From positions 224,001-288,000 of the forward strand of contig OZ251539.1 of the NCBI GenBank assembly GCA_965243135.1: a DNA stretch of 64,000 nt, written 5' to 3'. Source of the stretch: Alphaproteobacteria bacterium (lineage in GTDB: Bacteria > Pseudomonadota > Alphaproteobacteria > MPNO01 > UBA830). Below the pieces are notes generated by a model, which was not told where the DNA came from, searched no databases, and worked only from the letters and a program-made list of their open reading frames with translations. The translations under genes and the position numbers were made by a program. Below, piece by piece: positions 37,721-47,139 of the stretch (the stretch's first letter is position 1; each line of letters starts with the position of its first letter).

Positions 37721-38308
37721 GTGACGATGCTTCGCAGGGTCGACCGCGTCTGGGAAGCGCTGTTGTGGCTTCTCATGGCCGCCGCCGCGGTCTATGTCGG
37801 CCTGATGCTGGCCCTGATCGTCTACATCACGGTATTCCGCAGTTTGGGCTGGACCTATTCGTCCTATGCGTTCGTCTTCATCGAGTACGGTTTCGTCTAC
37901 ACGCTCTTTCTCGGTTCCCCCTGGCTGATCAGGCGCCGCGGACACGTCTATATCGAGATGTTGACCGCCGCGTTGTCCGGGCGGTGGCGCGACGCGCTTT
38001 CGCGGCTGATCGTGACGATTTGCGCCGCGGTCTGCATGATCTGGGCCTGGTACAGCGGGCATCTCGCCTACGAGGACATCGTGAACGTCACCTACGACGA
38101 GTTGCGCGGCCAGTACGACATCAAGCGCTGGGTGATCACGATCGCGTTCCCGCTGGGTTTCTTCTTGATGGGCGTCGAGTTCCTCCGCTTCGCGTTCGCG
38201 CGCGAGCCGATGCACGGCGGCAAGGCCGGGATCGCGAGCGAACGGGCGGAGATCGAAGAGCAGGCCCAGCGCGGCGAAGCGGTCGCCGACCGGGGCGGAA
38301 GCCGGTGA
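37721..38308 (+). CDS. dctQ: TRAP transporter small permease
   Basis: Four TM helices, FLG.PW..R.RGHV; position between dctP and dctM. Confidence 0.9.
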   Translation: MTMLRRVDRVWEALLWLLMAAAAVYVGLMLALIVYITVFRSLGWTYSSYAFVFIEYGFVYTLFLGSPWLIRRRGHVYIEMLTAALSGRWRDALSRLIVTICAAVCMIWAWYSGHLAYEDIVNVTYDELRGQYDIKRWVITIAFPLGFFLMGVEFLRFAFAREPMHGGKAGIASERAEIEEQAQRGEAVADRGGSR

Positions 38309-38328
38309 TGCGGGGGTAGCGGAGAGAA

Positions 38329-39780
38329 ATGGAGTGGTACTGGGTCCTCGCGGCTCTCCTCGGTCCGATCCTGTTTCTCATGTTCGTCGGTTTTCCGGTG
38401 GGCATCGCGTTCATCATCGTAAACACGGCGGCCGCCTTCTTCCTGTTCGGCAGGTTCGGCGATTTCGACCGGAACCTCGAAGCCAGCGTCTTCCAGCTGA
38501 CCGACAACGCGTTCGGCAACATGGCGAGTTTCGCGCTCGTGCCGATTCCCATGTTCGTGCTGATGGGCGAGCTGTTCTTTCACACCGGCCTCGCGAACCG
38601 GATGTTCAATGCCGTCGAGAAACTCATGGGCCGGGTGCCGGCCCGCCTGTCCTACGTGACCGTCGCCGGCGGCACGGCCTTCGCGACCCTTTCCGGCTCC
38701 TCGATGGGCAGCACGGCGCTGCTGGGAACTCTCATGGTCCCGGAGATGACCCGGCGGGGCTACAAGAAAAGCATGTCGATCGGACCGATCCTCGGCACGG
38801 GCGGCCTCGCCATGCTGATCCCGCCTTCCGCGCTCGCCGTTCTTCTCGGCACGCTCGCGGAACTCGACATCGGCAAGCTTCTTGTCGCCGGAATCCTGCC
38901 GGGACTGGTTCTCGCCGGTCTCTACGCGGTGCTGATCCTCGTCCGCGCCACGATCGATCCCGAAGCCGCGCCCGCCTACGAAGTGCTCCACGTTCCCTGG
39001 CCGCAACGCGTCAGGCTGTTTCTGATCGACGTCCTGCCCATGGTTTCGATCATCGTCATGGTGATCCTCCTCATCATGTTCGGCGTGGCGACGCCGTCGG
39101 AATCGGCGGCTTACGGTTCTTTGGGAGTCGTTTTCCTCGCGCTGGTCTATTTCTTTCTCGCGCCGCTCTGGCGCGGCGCCCTTCTGTCGATTTCTGGCGG
39201 GGACGTCGAGGAGCGCCGCCGCGCCTTCGCCGCCGTGCGCGCGTTCTGGCGCGATTTCGGGGCCGCTCTCTGGCGGTCGTTGTGGGGCGCCTGCCGGGTT
39301 ACGGTGATCGCTCTGCTGATCCTGTTCGGGTCTTCGCTGTTCAGCAACGTGCTCGCCGCGTCGCAGGCGAGCGTCAAACTGATCGAGTGGGTCACCGGTT
39401 TCGGCGTGTCGGGCTACGTCATGCTGCTGATCATGTTCGGCATACTGCTGATTCTCGGAATGTTCATGGATCAGCTGGCGATGATGCTGCTGACCGTGCC
39501 GATCTTCTTTCCGATCATTCAGGGCATGGATTTCGGCATGGGCGCGGAGATGCAACTGATATGGTTCGCCGTGATCATGCTGCTCGCGATGGAGATCAGC
39601 TTCACGACGCCGCCGTTCGGCCTGTTGCTGTTCGTGATGCAGGGAGTCGCCCCGCCGGGCACGCGCTTCGGCGAAATCTGCATGGCGGCCCTTCCGTTCA
39701 TGGGTTGCGCGGTCCTCGTGGTCGCGTTGATCATCATGTTTCCGCCGATCGCCATATGGCTTCCGGGGCTCGGCCGTTGA
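38329..39780 (+). CDS. dctM: TRAP transporter large permease
   Basis: IPMFVLMGE, SGSS, LIPPS, TPPFG. Confidence 0.95.
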   Translation: MEWYWVLAALLGPILFLMFVGFPVGIAFIIVNTAAAFFLFGRFGDFDRNLEASVFQLTDNAFGNMASFALVPIPMFVLMGELFFHTGLANRMFNAVEKLMGRVPARLSYVTVAGGTAFATLSGSSMGSTALLGTLMVPEMTRRGYKKSMSIGPILGTGGLAMLIPPSALAVLLGTLAELDIGKLLVAGILPGLVLAGLYAVLILVRATIDPEAAPAYEVLHVPWPQRVRLFLIDVLPMVSIIVMVILLIMFGVATPSESAAYGSLGVVFLALVYFFLAPLWRGALLSISGGDVEERRRAFAAVRAFWRDFGAALWRSLWGACRVTVIALLILFGSSLFSNVLAASQASVKLIEWVTGFGVSGYVMLLIMFGILLILGMFMDQLAMMLLTVPIFFPIIQGMDFGMGAEMQLIWFAVIMLLAMEISFTTPPFGLLLFVMQGVAPPGTRFGEICMAALPFMGCAVLVVALIIMFPPIAIWLPGLGR

Positions 39781-39880
39781 AACCGGGCGCCGCCGCCGGA
39801 CCGCCGCGCGGAATTCCCGCCGCCAGGACGCCGAGCTCCCGAAGGATGGGCGACGGGCCGAGCCCGTCCGGGCGGAAACC

Positions 39881-40786
39881 TTGATTTCCGAACCGACCTG
39901 CGAGGGCCCGAATCCGGCGCCTCCGAAATTCAAGGCGCCGCCGGGCGCATGCGACACGCACGCGCATATCTTCGGTCCGCAATACCCCTACGCCGCCGAC
40001 CGGAGCTACACGCCGCCGGATGCGTCCGTTCCGGATTACCTGCGGCTGCTCCGGGTTCTCGGCGTCGAGCGCGGGGTCGTGGTGCACGCCAGCGTGCAGG
40101 GGGCCGACAACCTGTCGACGCTGGACGCGCTTGCGGAACTCGGCGAGAATTTTCGCGGCGTCGCGGTCGTGCGGCCGGATGTCGGACGCGCCGAGTTGCG
40201 GCGCCTGCACGACGGCGGCATGCGCGGAGCGCGAATGACGACTTTCGTCGCCGGCGGCACCGGCGTGGAGCGTATCGAAACGCTGGCGCGGCGGATCGCC
40301 GATTTCGGCTGGCTGTCCGAACTCCATCTCGGCAATGTCGACGAAATAACCGGAATCGCGCCCGTCCTGCGCCGCCTTCCGACACCCTATCTGATCGACC
40401 ATCTCGGAAGGGTTCGCGGCGATCAGGGCGTCGGCAACGAAGGATTCCGGACGTTGCTGCGCCTGTTGGAGGAGGACGAGAAGTGCTGGGTCAAACTCTG
40501 CAGCTTCTATCGGTTGTCGCGTTCCGGTCCGCCGGATTACGCCGACATGGCGCCGATGGCTCGCGCGTTGATCGCGGCCTGTCCGGAACGGCTCGTGTGG
40601 GGCAGCAACTGGCCGCATCCGAATGCGGGCGGGCGGATGCCGAACGACGGGGATCTGATCAACGTCTTCGACGACTGGTGCGCGGACGACGCCGCGCGCA
40701 ACCGGATCCTCGCCGACAATCCCGGCAGGCTGTTCGGCTTCGACGAACCGGCGGAGAGCGCGTTCGGCGGAAAAAGCGCGCCTTAA
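39881..40786 (+). CDS. Amidohydrolase-2 family, 2-pyrone-4,6-dicarboxylate lactonase-like
   Basis: GACDTHAHIFGP, IDHLGR, WGSNWPHP. Confidence 0.9.
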   Translation: MISEPTCEGPNPAPPKFKAPPGACDTHAHIFGPQYPYAADRSYTPPDASVPDYLRLLRVLGVERGVVVHASVQGADNLSTLDALAELGENFRGVAVVRPDVGRAELRRLHDGGMRGARMTTFVAGGTGVERIETLARRIADFGWLSELHLGNVDEITGIAPVLRRLPTPYLIDHLGRVRGDQGVGNEGFRTLLRLLEEDEKCWVKLCSFYRLSRSGPPDYADMAPMARALIAACPERLVWGSNWPHPNAGGRMPNDGDLINVFDDWCADDAARNRILADNPGRLFGFDEPAESAFGGKSAP

Positions 40787-40983
40787 GCGGGGAGGGCGGG
40801 CGCAACGGCGTCGCGTTCCTCCGCCGCAGGCGACGGCGTTCGTCCTGGCGCGTCCTGGCGCTGTCGCGGCGAAGACGCCTCGCCGCGGACTGCCCGCGCG
40901 TCGGCCGACGTCTTTCGGGCGAGCGAGAGGCGATGTCAGGAGCGCCCGTGCCCTCGGAGACTGCCGCTGCGCGGCACCGCCGG

Positions 40984-42482
40984 TTACATGCCCCAGATCT
41001 CGACGTTCGGTTCCGTGCGGCGGAAAATCTTCTCGCTCCAAGGCTTCTTCTCGTCACGAGAGCACCAAATGGCCCGTTTCCGCCGCGCAGCGGTAGCCTG
41101 CAACTTGCTCCAGTCCCGCAGCGACGTCGCCTCCAGGCTCCCGTGCAGCATCTTGCACTCGACCACGAATTTCTGCTCGCCGCCGCCCTTCGGCCAGACG
41201 ATCAGCAGGTCGGTGCGTCCCCGGCCCAGCCCGAATTCCCGCCCGCCCGCCGCCGTTGAGCACCCGTTGCAGAAACGCCTGCAACAGAAGCTGAGGCCAA
41301 GCTTCCGGGTACGCGAAGCGGTCCTTCCAGTGATTTTCGCGGAAGAACGTCTGGAACGCCGCCCTTCGCCGTGTCGAGGCCGCCGTCGGCGCCGACGTAT
41401 CAAGCCGCGTTTTCCTCGTCCTGAGCTTCGAAGGTCAGTTCGCGCCGGATCGCCTCCGCCGGGTTGGCGATGCGGAGCGGCTCGTCCTTCGCGAGCAGGC
41501 CCAGTTCCCGCACGTACTCTATGTCCTCTATGTCACGGTCGATGGCGGCATTCTCGTCCCTATCGGCGAGGATCGGTTCGATCACCCGTCGCACGCGATC
41601 CTGCCCAAGTTGGTACGCCAAATAGTCCAGATGCGTAACCCGACTCAGGATAAGCAGCTCCCTTGCGTCGGCGATGTCGCGGGCCGTCACGGCGCGCGAG
41701 CGGTCGCGCCCGGCCGCGCTCTCGAAGCAGGCTTCCTGCGCCAGCGCGTTCACCAGCCACGGCTGGCCCAGGGTTTGCTCCCACACCGTCTCTTGCGCCT
41801 CCGCCGTGAACGCCTGCCCCGTCTCGGCGGTATGCTGGCCAAGTAGCGCCAGCGTCTCCTCCCGGCTGAAGTCGCCCAGACGCAGCGACTTCGCGACGAT
41901 GTTGAAGGGACTGCCGGTCGAGTCCATGCGGTAGTCGCGCACGTCCCGCACAGCACCACGCTTTGCGGAAACGCCTCTGGACGCCGGGGGTAGCCCGCAC
42001 GCAACTGCCGGAGCACCGAAAGCAGCGATCGGCCCTGCAGGGCGTCGATCTCGTCGATCAACAGCACAAGCGGTTTCGACGACGCTTTCGCCCATTCTTG
42101 CAGGGCTGCCCCCAAAGCCCGTTCGGGGCCGGATTCCGTGAGAATGCCGGCCCAGACGCTGGACGGAAACGGATCGCCGAGCATGTCCCGCGCCGCGTAC
42201 GCCAGACTGTCGAGCACGGTCCGCACAGCCCGTTCCACGTCTTCAAGACAGGCGCCCGCCTCCTCGACGATGGCGTACAGGCAATGGTAATCCTGCCGGG
42301 TCAGCAGACCTTGGAGGGCGATCAGAATGGATGTCTTGTCCGTCTACCTCGGGGCGTGAAGCACGAAATACTTCTCGTCCCGAACGAGCCGAAGCGCCTC
42401 GTCCACATCCAGACGTTCCAACGCGGGGATGAATATAGTGCTTTTCGGGCTTGACCGGGCCGGCCGCGTTGAAGAAGCGCAT
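40984..42482 (-). pseudogene. P-loop ATPase with C-terminal PD-(D/E)XK-like domain, many frameshifts
   Basis: MRFFNAAGP, YFVLHAPR (broken Walker A), LLIDEID, SPFNI, GQPWLVNAL, GRTDLLI..VVECK spread over frames. Confidence 0.85.
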
Positions 42483-42576
42483 AGTCGAGCAGCTTTCCGT
42501 ACGCTCTCAACCAATGATAACCCGAAAAGCCAACATGCGCACGACCATGGGCCCCGACGAGCGGTACGTCGTGGCG

Positions 42577-43248
42577 GTAGGCGTTCGGTCGCGGGGTGAC
42601 CTGCCCGTTCCGCCTCCAGTCCCGGTGCGGGCCCACCCTGATTTTGCGTTGCGTTTCCGGGTTTCCTCGGGCTTTCCACCCATGGCCGAACCCTGGAGGC
42701 TCGACGGGTCCGCCTCGCTCGACCGGACGACGCTCCCGTTCGACGGAACCGCGCCTGGAGTTCAGGCGTTTCGCCGCTTGCGGGTCGTCCTGCGCGCCGC
42801 CCCTGCTGCCGCCCCGGGGACGGGCAATGAACGCCACCGCCCCGTTCCCGCCCTGGCGCAAACGTCTCCCTTGACGATCGGCGCTGCGGGTCTCCCGTCT
42901 CCGGAAAGGACGCTCATGACCGCCTTCGAGATCGCTAACCTCGCCGTCGCTTCCATCAACGCGCTCGCGGCCGCCGTCGCGGCCGTCGGCGTATGGCCGC
43001 GATGGTCCGGCCAGCGACGAACGCGGGCAGCAGCAGAGCGCAGCCATGCAGCAGCAGCGCGAAGCCGACGAACGCCGCCACGAGGAGAACATGACGGCGC
43101 TCAAGGCGCTGCCAGACCGCCGCGCCGGAGACCGTCGCCGAACGAACGACGCCGACGGACGACGGGGCGGGAACGAAGGGCGCCTGACGCCCTTCCCTGT
43201 CGGCGAGACCTTGAAGTCGAGCGACTGTCGCGGTCGCACGGGGCGCAA
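42577..43248 (+). mobile_element. IS66-ended cargo element, copy 3 (truncated; cargo 42916-43187 frameshifted)
   Basis: Starts gtaggcgttcggtcgcggggtgac; homologous to 23803-24780 with deletions. Confidence 0.82.
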
Positions 43249-43484
43249 GTCCTGGCTCCGGCCGCTGCGCTCCAGCGGGTCGCCTTCCGCGGCCGCCCTT
43301 GCGCCGCGCCGCTGGACCGCTGGACGGTCGGCCCTCCCCGCGTCGTCGACGCCTCGGCTGCGACGCAGTTTCCGGCGTCGAGGACGGGCGCTTGAGCGGC
43401 CTCTTCGCGGTTCGACCTGCCCTTCATGGCGACGGGTCGGCAGCCTTTGGCCATGTCTTCTTGCCGTTCATCGACGGAGATTGA

Positions 43485-43633
43485 CCGCCTGACTTCTCCG
43501 CTGCATGCGGTCGGTCGGCCGCCATGCATGCTGCTCTTCAAGCTTGAGAGGGCGATTCACAGAGATTATCGCCTGACCTTTCCGCAACATGCAAACGGTC
43601 GGTCAGCCGTCACGCCACTTCAAACTTGAAGGG
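43485..43633. repeat. Two tandem copies of an about 65-70-bp structured motif
   Basis: cgcctgac...catgc...ggtcggtc.gccg...ttcaa.cttga at 43485 and 43570. Confidence 0.75.
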
Positions 43634-43840
43634 GCGCCATAATTGCCCTGCGGCCGCCGCGCGACGCGGCCGTCGACGAGAACGGCCGGCTCTCCCGCTC
43701 CGCGGCGCGGAATCCAGAGACGCTCCCGGCCCGCGAAGCCTGCAGGGAGACGCCGCCGGGCCCGAGGCGGCCTCCTCGGCCGGGCGGCCCGTCAAGCCGC
43801 GCGGCGTTCTTTCGCGGAGGCGGCCGTGACGGGAAGCCGT

Positions 43841-45382
43841 TCAGGCGGCCTCGCAGTCGAACCCGACGACGTTGCGCTCCTCGCGGCTGAACTCCACCCC
43901 GATCAAGTGCACCGAACGCCCGAGACGGCGGTACTTGTCCGCGTAACCCTTCTCCCGCAACTGCGCGAGCGCGACCCCCTCCCGCCCGCGCTCCACCACC
44001 TTGAACTCGAACAGGTAGACGCGCCCGCTGGCGCGGACCGCCATGTCGGCGCGCCCCCGGCTGCCGCTGTCCTCGGCCACCGGCTCGAGGCCCTCCATCA
44101 GGAAGCAACTGTGGATGACGCTCGCGTAGTGGGCCTCGTACTTCGCGACGGGGCTGTTCATGTACCACTGGTGCGGGATGGCGGCGAAGATGCCGCGGAA
44201 CAGGGTCCCGATGCGTTCGAAGTCGTTCGCCTCCAGCAGTTCGCCCAGCCGCAGGCGCCCCGTCTTCTTGCGCGCCTCGACCGGGAGCAGTTCTTCCAGC
44301 AGGGCCTCGCCCAGGCTCCGGCGCACCTCGAGGTTCGGGTAGTCCAGCCTGTAGTGCCCGTCCTCCTCGCCGGCGATGGTGAGGTAGCCGGTCTGGAACA
44401 GAAGCGCCTCGACCGAGATATTGTCCACGTCGAAGGTCGAGAGCAGGCTCTCGCTGCCGATCATGCCGTCCAGGTCGGGAGTGGGCAGGTCGCGGCGCGC
44501 CAGCGTCTCGACCAGGAAGGTCGGCGTGCCGCTCTGGAACCAGTACGGGCGGAACTCGCGCCGCTGAAACAGCAGCAGCAGGCCGAACGGGTTGTAGACC
44601 CTCTCCGGCCCGCGCCAGTTGTAGCCGTTGTACCAGCGCCGGATTTCGTCCCGGTCCAAGCCCTCGAGTTCCGGGGCGAAGGCCGCGTCCAGCTCCGCGT
44701 CCGTGCAGCCGCAGATGGACGAGAACTCCGGCGCCAGCGTGATGTCGTTCAAATTGTTCAGGCCCGAGAACAGGCCCGCCTGCGAAAACTTGCTCACCCC
44801 CGTCAGGAAAACGAAACGGAGCTGCCTGTCGCAGGTCTTGATCACCCCGTACAGGCTGCGCAGAAAATCGCGGTTGGCCAGCGCCAGTTCCCGGTCGCCG
44901 AGCGCGTCCAGGATCGGCTTGTCGTATTCGTCGACCAGAACGACCGTCCGCTGCCCGGTGCGCTCGTGCAGCGTCCTTATCAGGCGCCGGAAACGGACCG
45001 CAGCCCCGGCGGGGCCCGGTTCGAGGCCGGCCTGCATCTCCGTCTCTTCCAGCTGCGCTTCCACGGTTTCCCGAACCCCGTCCGGGCCGTCGAAGCGGCC
45101 CACGCCGCTGAAATCCAGCCGCACGACCGGATGGCGCGCCGACCAGTCCCACTTGCCGTGCACGGCGAGGCCCCGGAACAGCTCCTCGCTTCCCTCGAAC
45201 AGTTCCTGCAGCGTGTCCACCAGCAGGGTCTTGCCGAACCGGCGCGGACGCGACAGGAAATAATATTGACCACCCTCGACGAGGCGGCGCACATGGTCCG
45301 TCTTGTCGACGTAGTAGCAGTCCATCTCTCCCCGGATTTTGCGGAGGGAGGTCATGCCGATCGGAAGCATGCGTTTCGTCAT
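43841..45382 (-). CDS. AAA-ATPase-like protein with C-terminal PD-(D/E)XK nuclease domain
   Basis: LPIG, YYVDKT, LSRPRRFGKT, LVDEYDKP, YNPF, GRADM...FEFK. Confidence 0.94.
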   Translation of the reverse strand: MTKRMLPIGMTSLRKIRGEMDCYYVDKTDHVRRLVEGGQYYFLSRPRRFGKTLLVDTLQELFEGSEELFRGLAVHGKWDWSARHPVVRLDFSGVGRFDGPDGVRETVEAQLEETEMQAGLEPGPAGAAVRFRRLIRTLHERTGQRTVVLVDEYDKPILDALGDRELALANRDFLRSLYGVIKTCDRQLRFVFLTGVSKFSQAGLFSGLNNLNDITLAPEFSSICGCTDAELDAAFAPELEGLDRDEIRRWYNGYNWRGPERVYNPFGLLLLFQRREFRPYWFQSGTPTFLVETLARRDLPTPDLDGMIGSESLLSTFDVDNISVEALLFQTGYLTIAGEEDGHYRLDYPNLEVRRSLGEALLEELLPVEARKKTGRLRLGELLEANDFERIGTLFRGIFAAIPHQWYMNSPVAKYEAHYASVIHSCFLMEGLEPVAEDSGSRGRADMAVRASGRVYLFEFKVVERGREGVALAQLREKGYADKYRRLGRSVHLIGVEFSREERNVVGFDCEAA

Positions 45383-45829
45383 TCGAAGAGGGTAGGCCGC
45401 CGCGCCGGAGCCGTCAAGAAGCCGGCGGCGGCAGGCCTGTCCGCGTCCCCCTGGCGCGGCAAGCAGCCGGCAGTTTCCGCGGCGGCACGGCGGGGAAAAG
45501 CGCGGAGGCGAGCGAAGCTGTCGTTCCGCGGAAATCCTGCCCCGCCGAGGCGAGCGCGTTCGACACGCTCGACGCACGGCCTGGAGGCCGCGGGCGGAAG
45601 CGAACGCCGACGGAAGGCGCCGCCGCCAAAGGCGACGCACGTCGACAACGACGCCGGCTTCGCGAGCCTCGACGGCAAGGTCGACCCCCTCGCCGCGGAA
45701 ACCGGGGCCGGCGCAACGCGACGGCAAGCGCCCTCGCCAGGGAAAGCCGCGCGCCTCGAAACCACGACGATTGTCGCGGCAGGCCTCGCCGCCCCCTGCG
45801 TTGGTTCGCCGCCGGAGGCGCGCGGCGAC

Positions 45830-45915
45830 ATGCGCCGCAAGCGGCGAAACGCCGGAACGCCTGGCAACGGTTCCGTCGAACGAGAGCGTCGCCCGGTCGA
45901 GCGAGCGGACTTCCG
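45830..45915 (-). mobile_element. Fragment of the IS66-ended element leader
   Basis: gcaagcggcgaaacgcc...ggttccgtcgaacg..agcgtcg.ccggtcgagcgag matches 19951-20025. Confidence 0.7.
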
Positions 45916-46020
45916 CCGCCGAAAACCGTGGGCTCGTTCGAAGCCATCAACCGAAGCGGCTCGCGAAACCGAAGCCGGAAACGGCGGCGGCAGGCGTTGG
46001 CCTCCGGTTTTGTACTCACC

Positions 46021-46090
46021 CGCCTGACCTCTCCGCACCATGCAAACGGTCGGTCAGCCGTCACGCATGTTGCGCTTCAAACTTGAAGGG
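46021..46090. repeat. Third copy of the structured motif
   Basis: Near-identical to 43570-43633. Confidence 0.85.
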
Positions 46091-46099
46091 ACGGCACAG

Positions 46100-46840
46100 C
46101 CGCGTGACCGAGGCGCACTTCGACGTGTCGTGGGGTGCCCTGCCGGTGGTCGAGTGGCACGTGAAGGCGGGCGGCGCGGGCGTGCATCTGACCAATACCC
46201 GGCGCTGGAAGAATTACCTGTGGACGCGGATCAACGAGTGGTTCGCGCCCAACTTCGCCCAGACCCCGGAGATCTACCAGAACTCCGACCGCGAGAAGTT
46301 CTTCGTCCGCGCCGGCCTCAGCAAATGGGCCGTGCCCGTCGACGACACCAACACGATGATCATCGCCTGGCGGCACTTCAACGACGACCTCGACCTGGAC
46401 GGCAAGGGCGACCGCTCCGCGATCGGGCTCGACAAGGTCGATTTCCTGGGCCAGACCGGCGCGCGGTCCTACGAGGAGGGGCAGCGGATTCCGGGCGACT
46501 ACGAAGCCCAGAGGTGGGGCAGGGGCCGATCAACGTCCACGCGCTCGGGAACCTCGGGTACACGGACACGGGCGTGGCGCTGCTGCGTCGGACCTTGCGC
46601 GAAGGCATCCGGGCGGTCGGGGAGGGCGGGGGTCCTCCCGCGCCGACGGCCTCGGGCCACACGCCCACGCAGTGCGGCGACGTCATCGTCGACGTCGGGG
46701 ACATGCCGGACGACCGGGAAATCCAGGGCGAGATCGGCCGGGCCATCGGCCGCATCGTCGTCGAGACCGAGGAATTGCCTTACGCCGAACGCCGCGCCGA
46801 GATCGAGAGGCGCGTCCGCATGTATCTCGCGGAGCGCTGA
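46100..46840 (+). pseudogene. C-terminal fragment of a Rieske oxygenase alpha subunit (phthalate dioxygenase-like)
   Basis: WAVPVDDTNT, PGDYEAQ.. frameshift ..GQGPINVH...LG.TD.GV.LLRR; no Rieske domain. Confidence 0.7.
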
Positions 46841-46881
46841 TCGTGGGACGTTGCGGAACCGCGTCGACGGCTCCCTTCCGT

Positions 46882-46914
46882 CTCCCCCTTGCAGGGGGAG
46901 GGTCGGGGTGGGGG
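46882..46914. repeat. REP/RIME-like palindrome with G-rich tail
   Basis: ctccccct-tgc-agggggag followed by ggtcggggtggggg. Confidence 0.5.
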
Positions 46915-46998
46915 TCGCGGCCAGGGGGGTGGGTCCGCGGCCCCGCGACGGCGCGCTCCGGAGATGGGCGGCGGCGCGAAATTAGGGTCATCTTGAAA

Positions 46999-47025
46999 TT
47001 GACCCCCCCCCCCGCCGGATACAAT
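46999..47025 (+). promoter_or_regulatory. Sigma70-like promoter with a C11 tract in the spacer
   Basis: TTGACC (46999-47004), 15 nt, TACAAT (47020-47025); C11 at 47003-47013. Confidence 0.68.
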
Positions 47026-47139
47026 GAACGCGTGCGGGGGGAGTCGCGGCTCCCTGGCCGGTCGGGCGCGGCCGGGCCGCCGTGACGCGCCGAATCCCTC
47101 GACTCGTCGTCGAAACAGGAACCCGGAGGAGTTTTTGCC

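Noticed and set aside
45620-45800. Short coiled-coil gene relic (AGFASLDGKVD...ARLETT)
   Set aside because: Too degraded; no start or family can be supported
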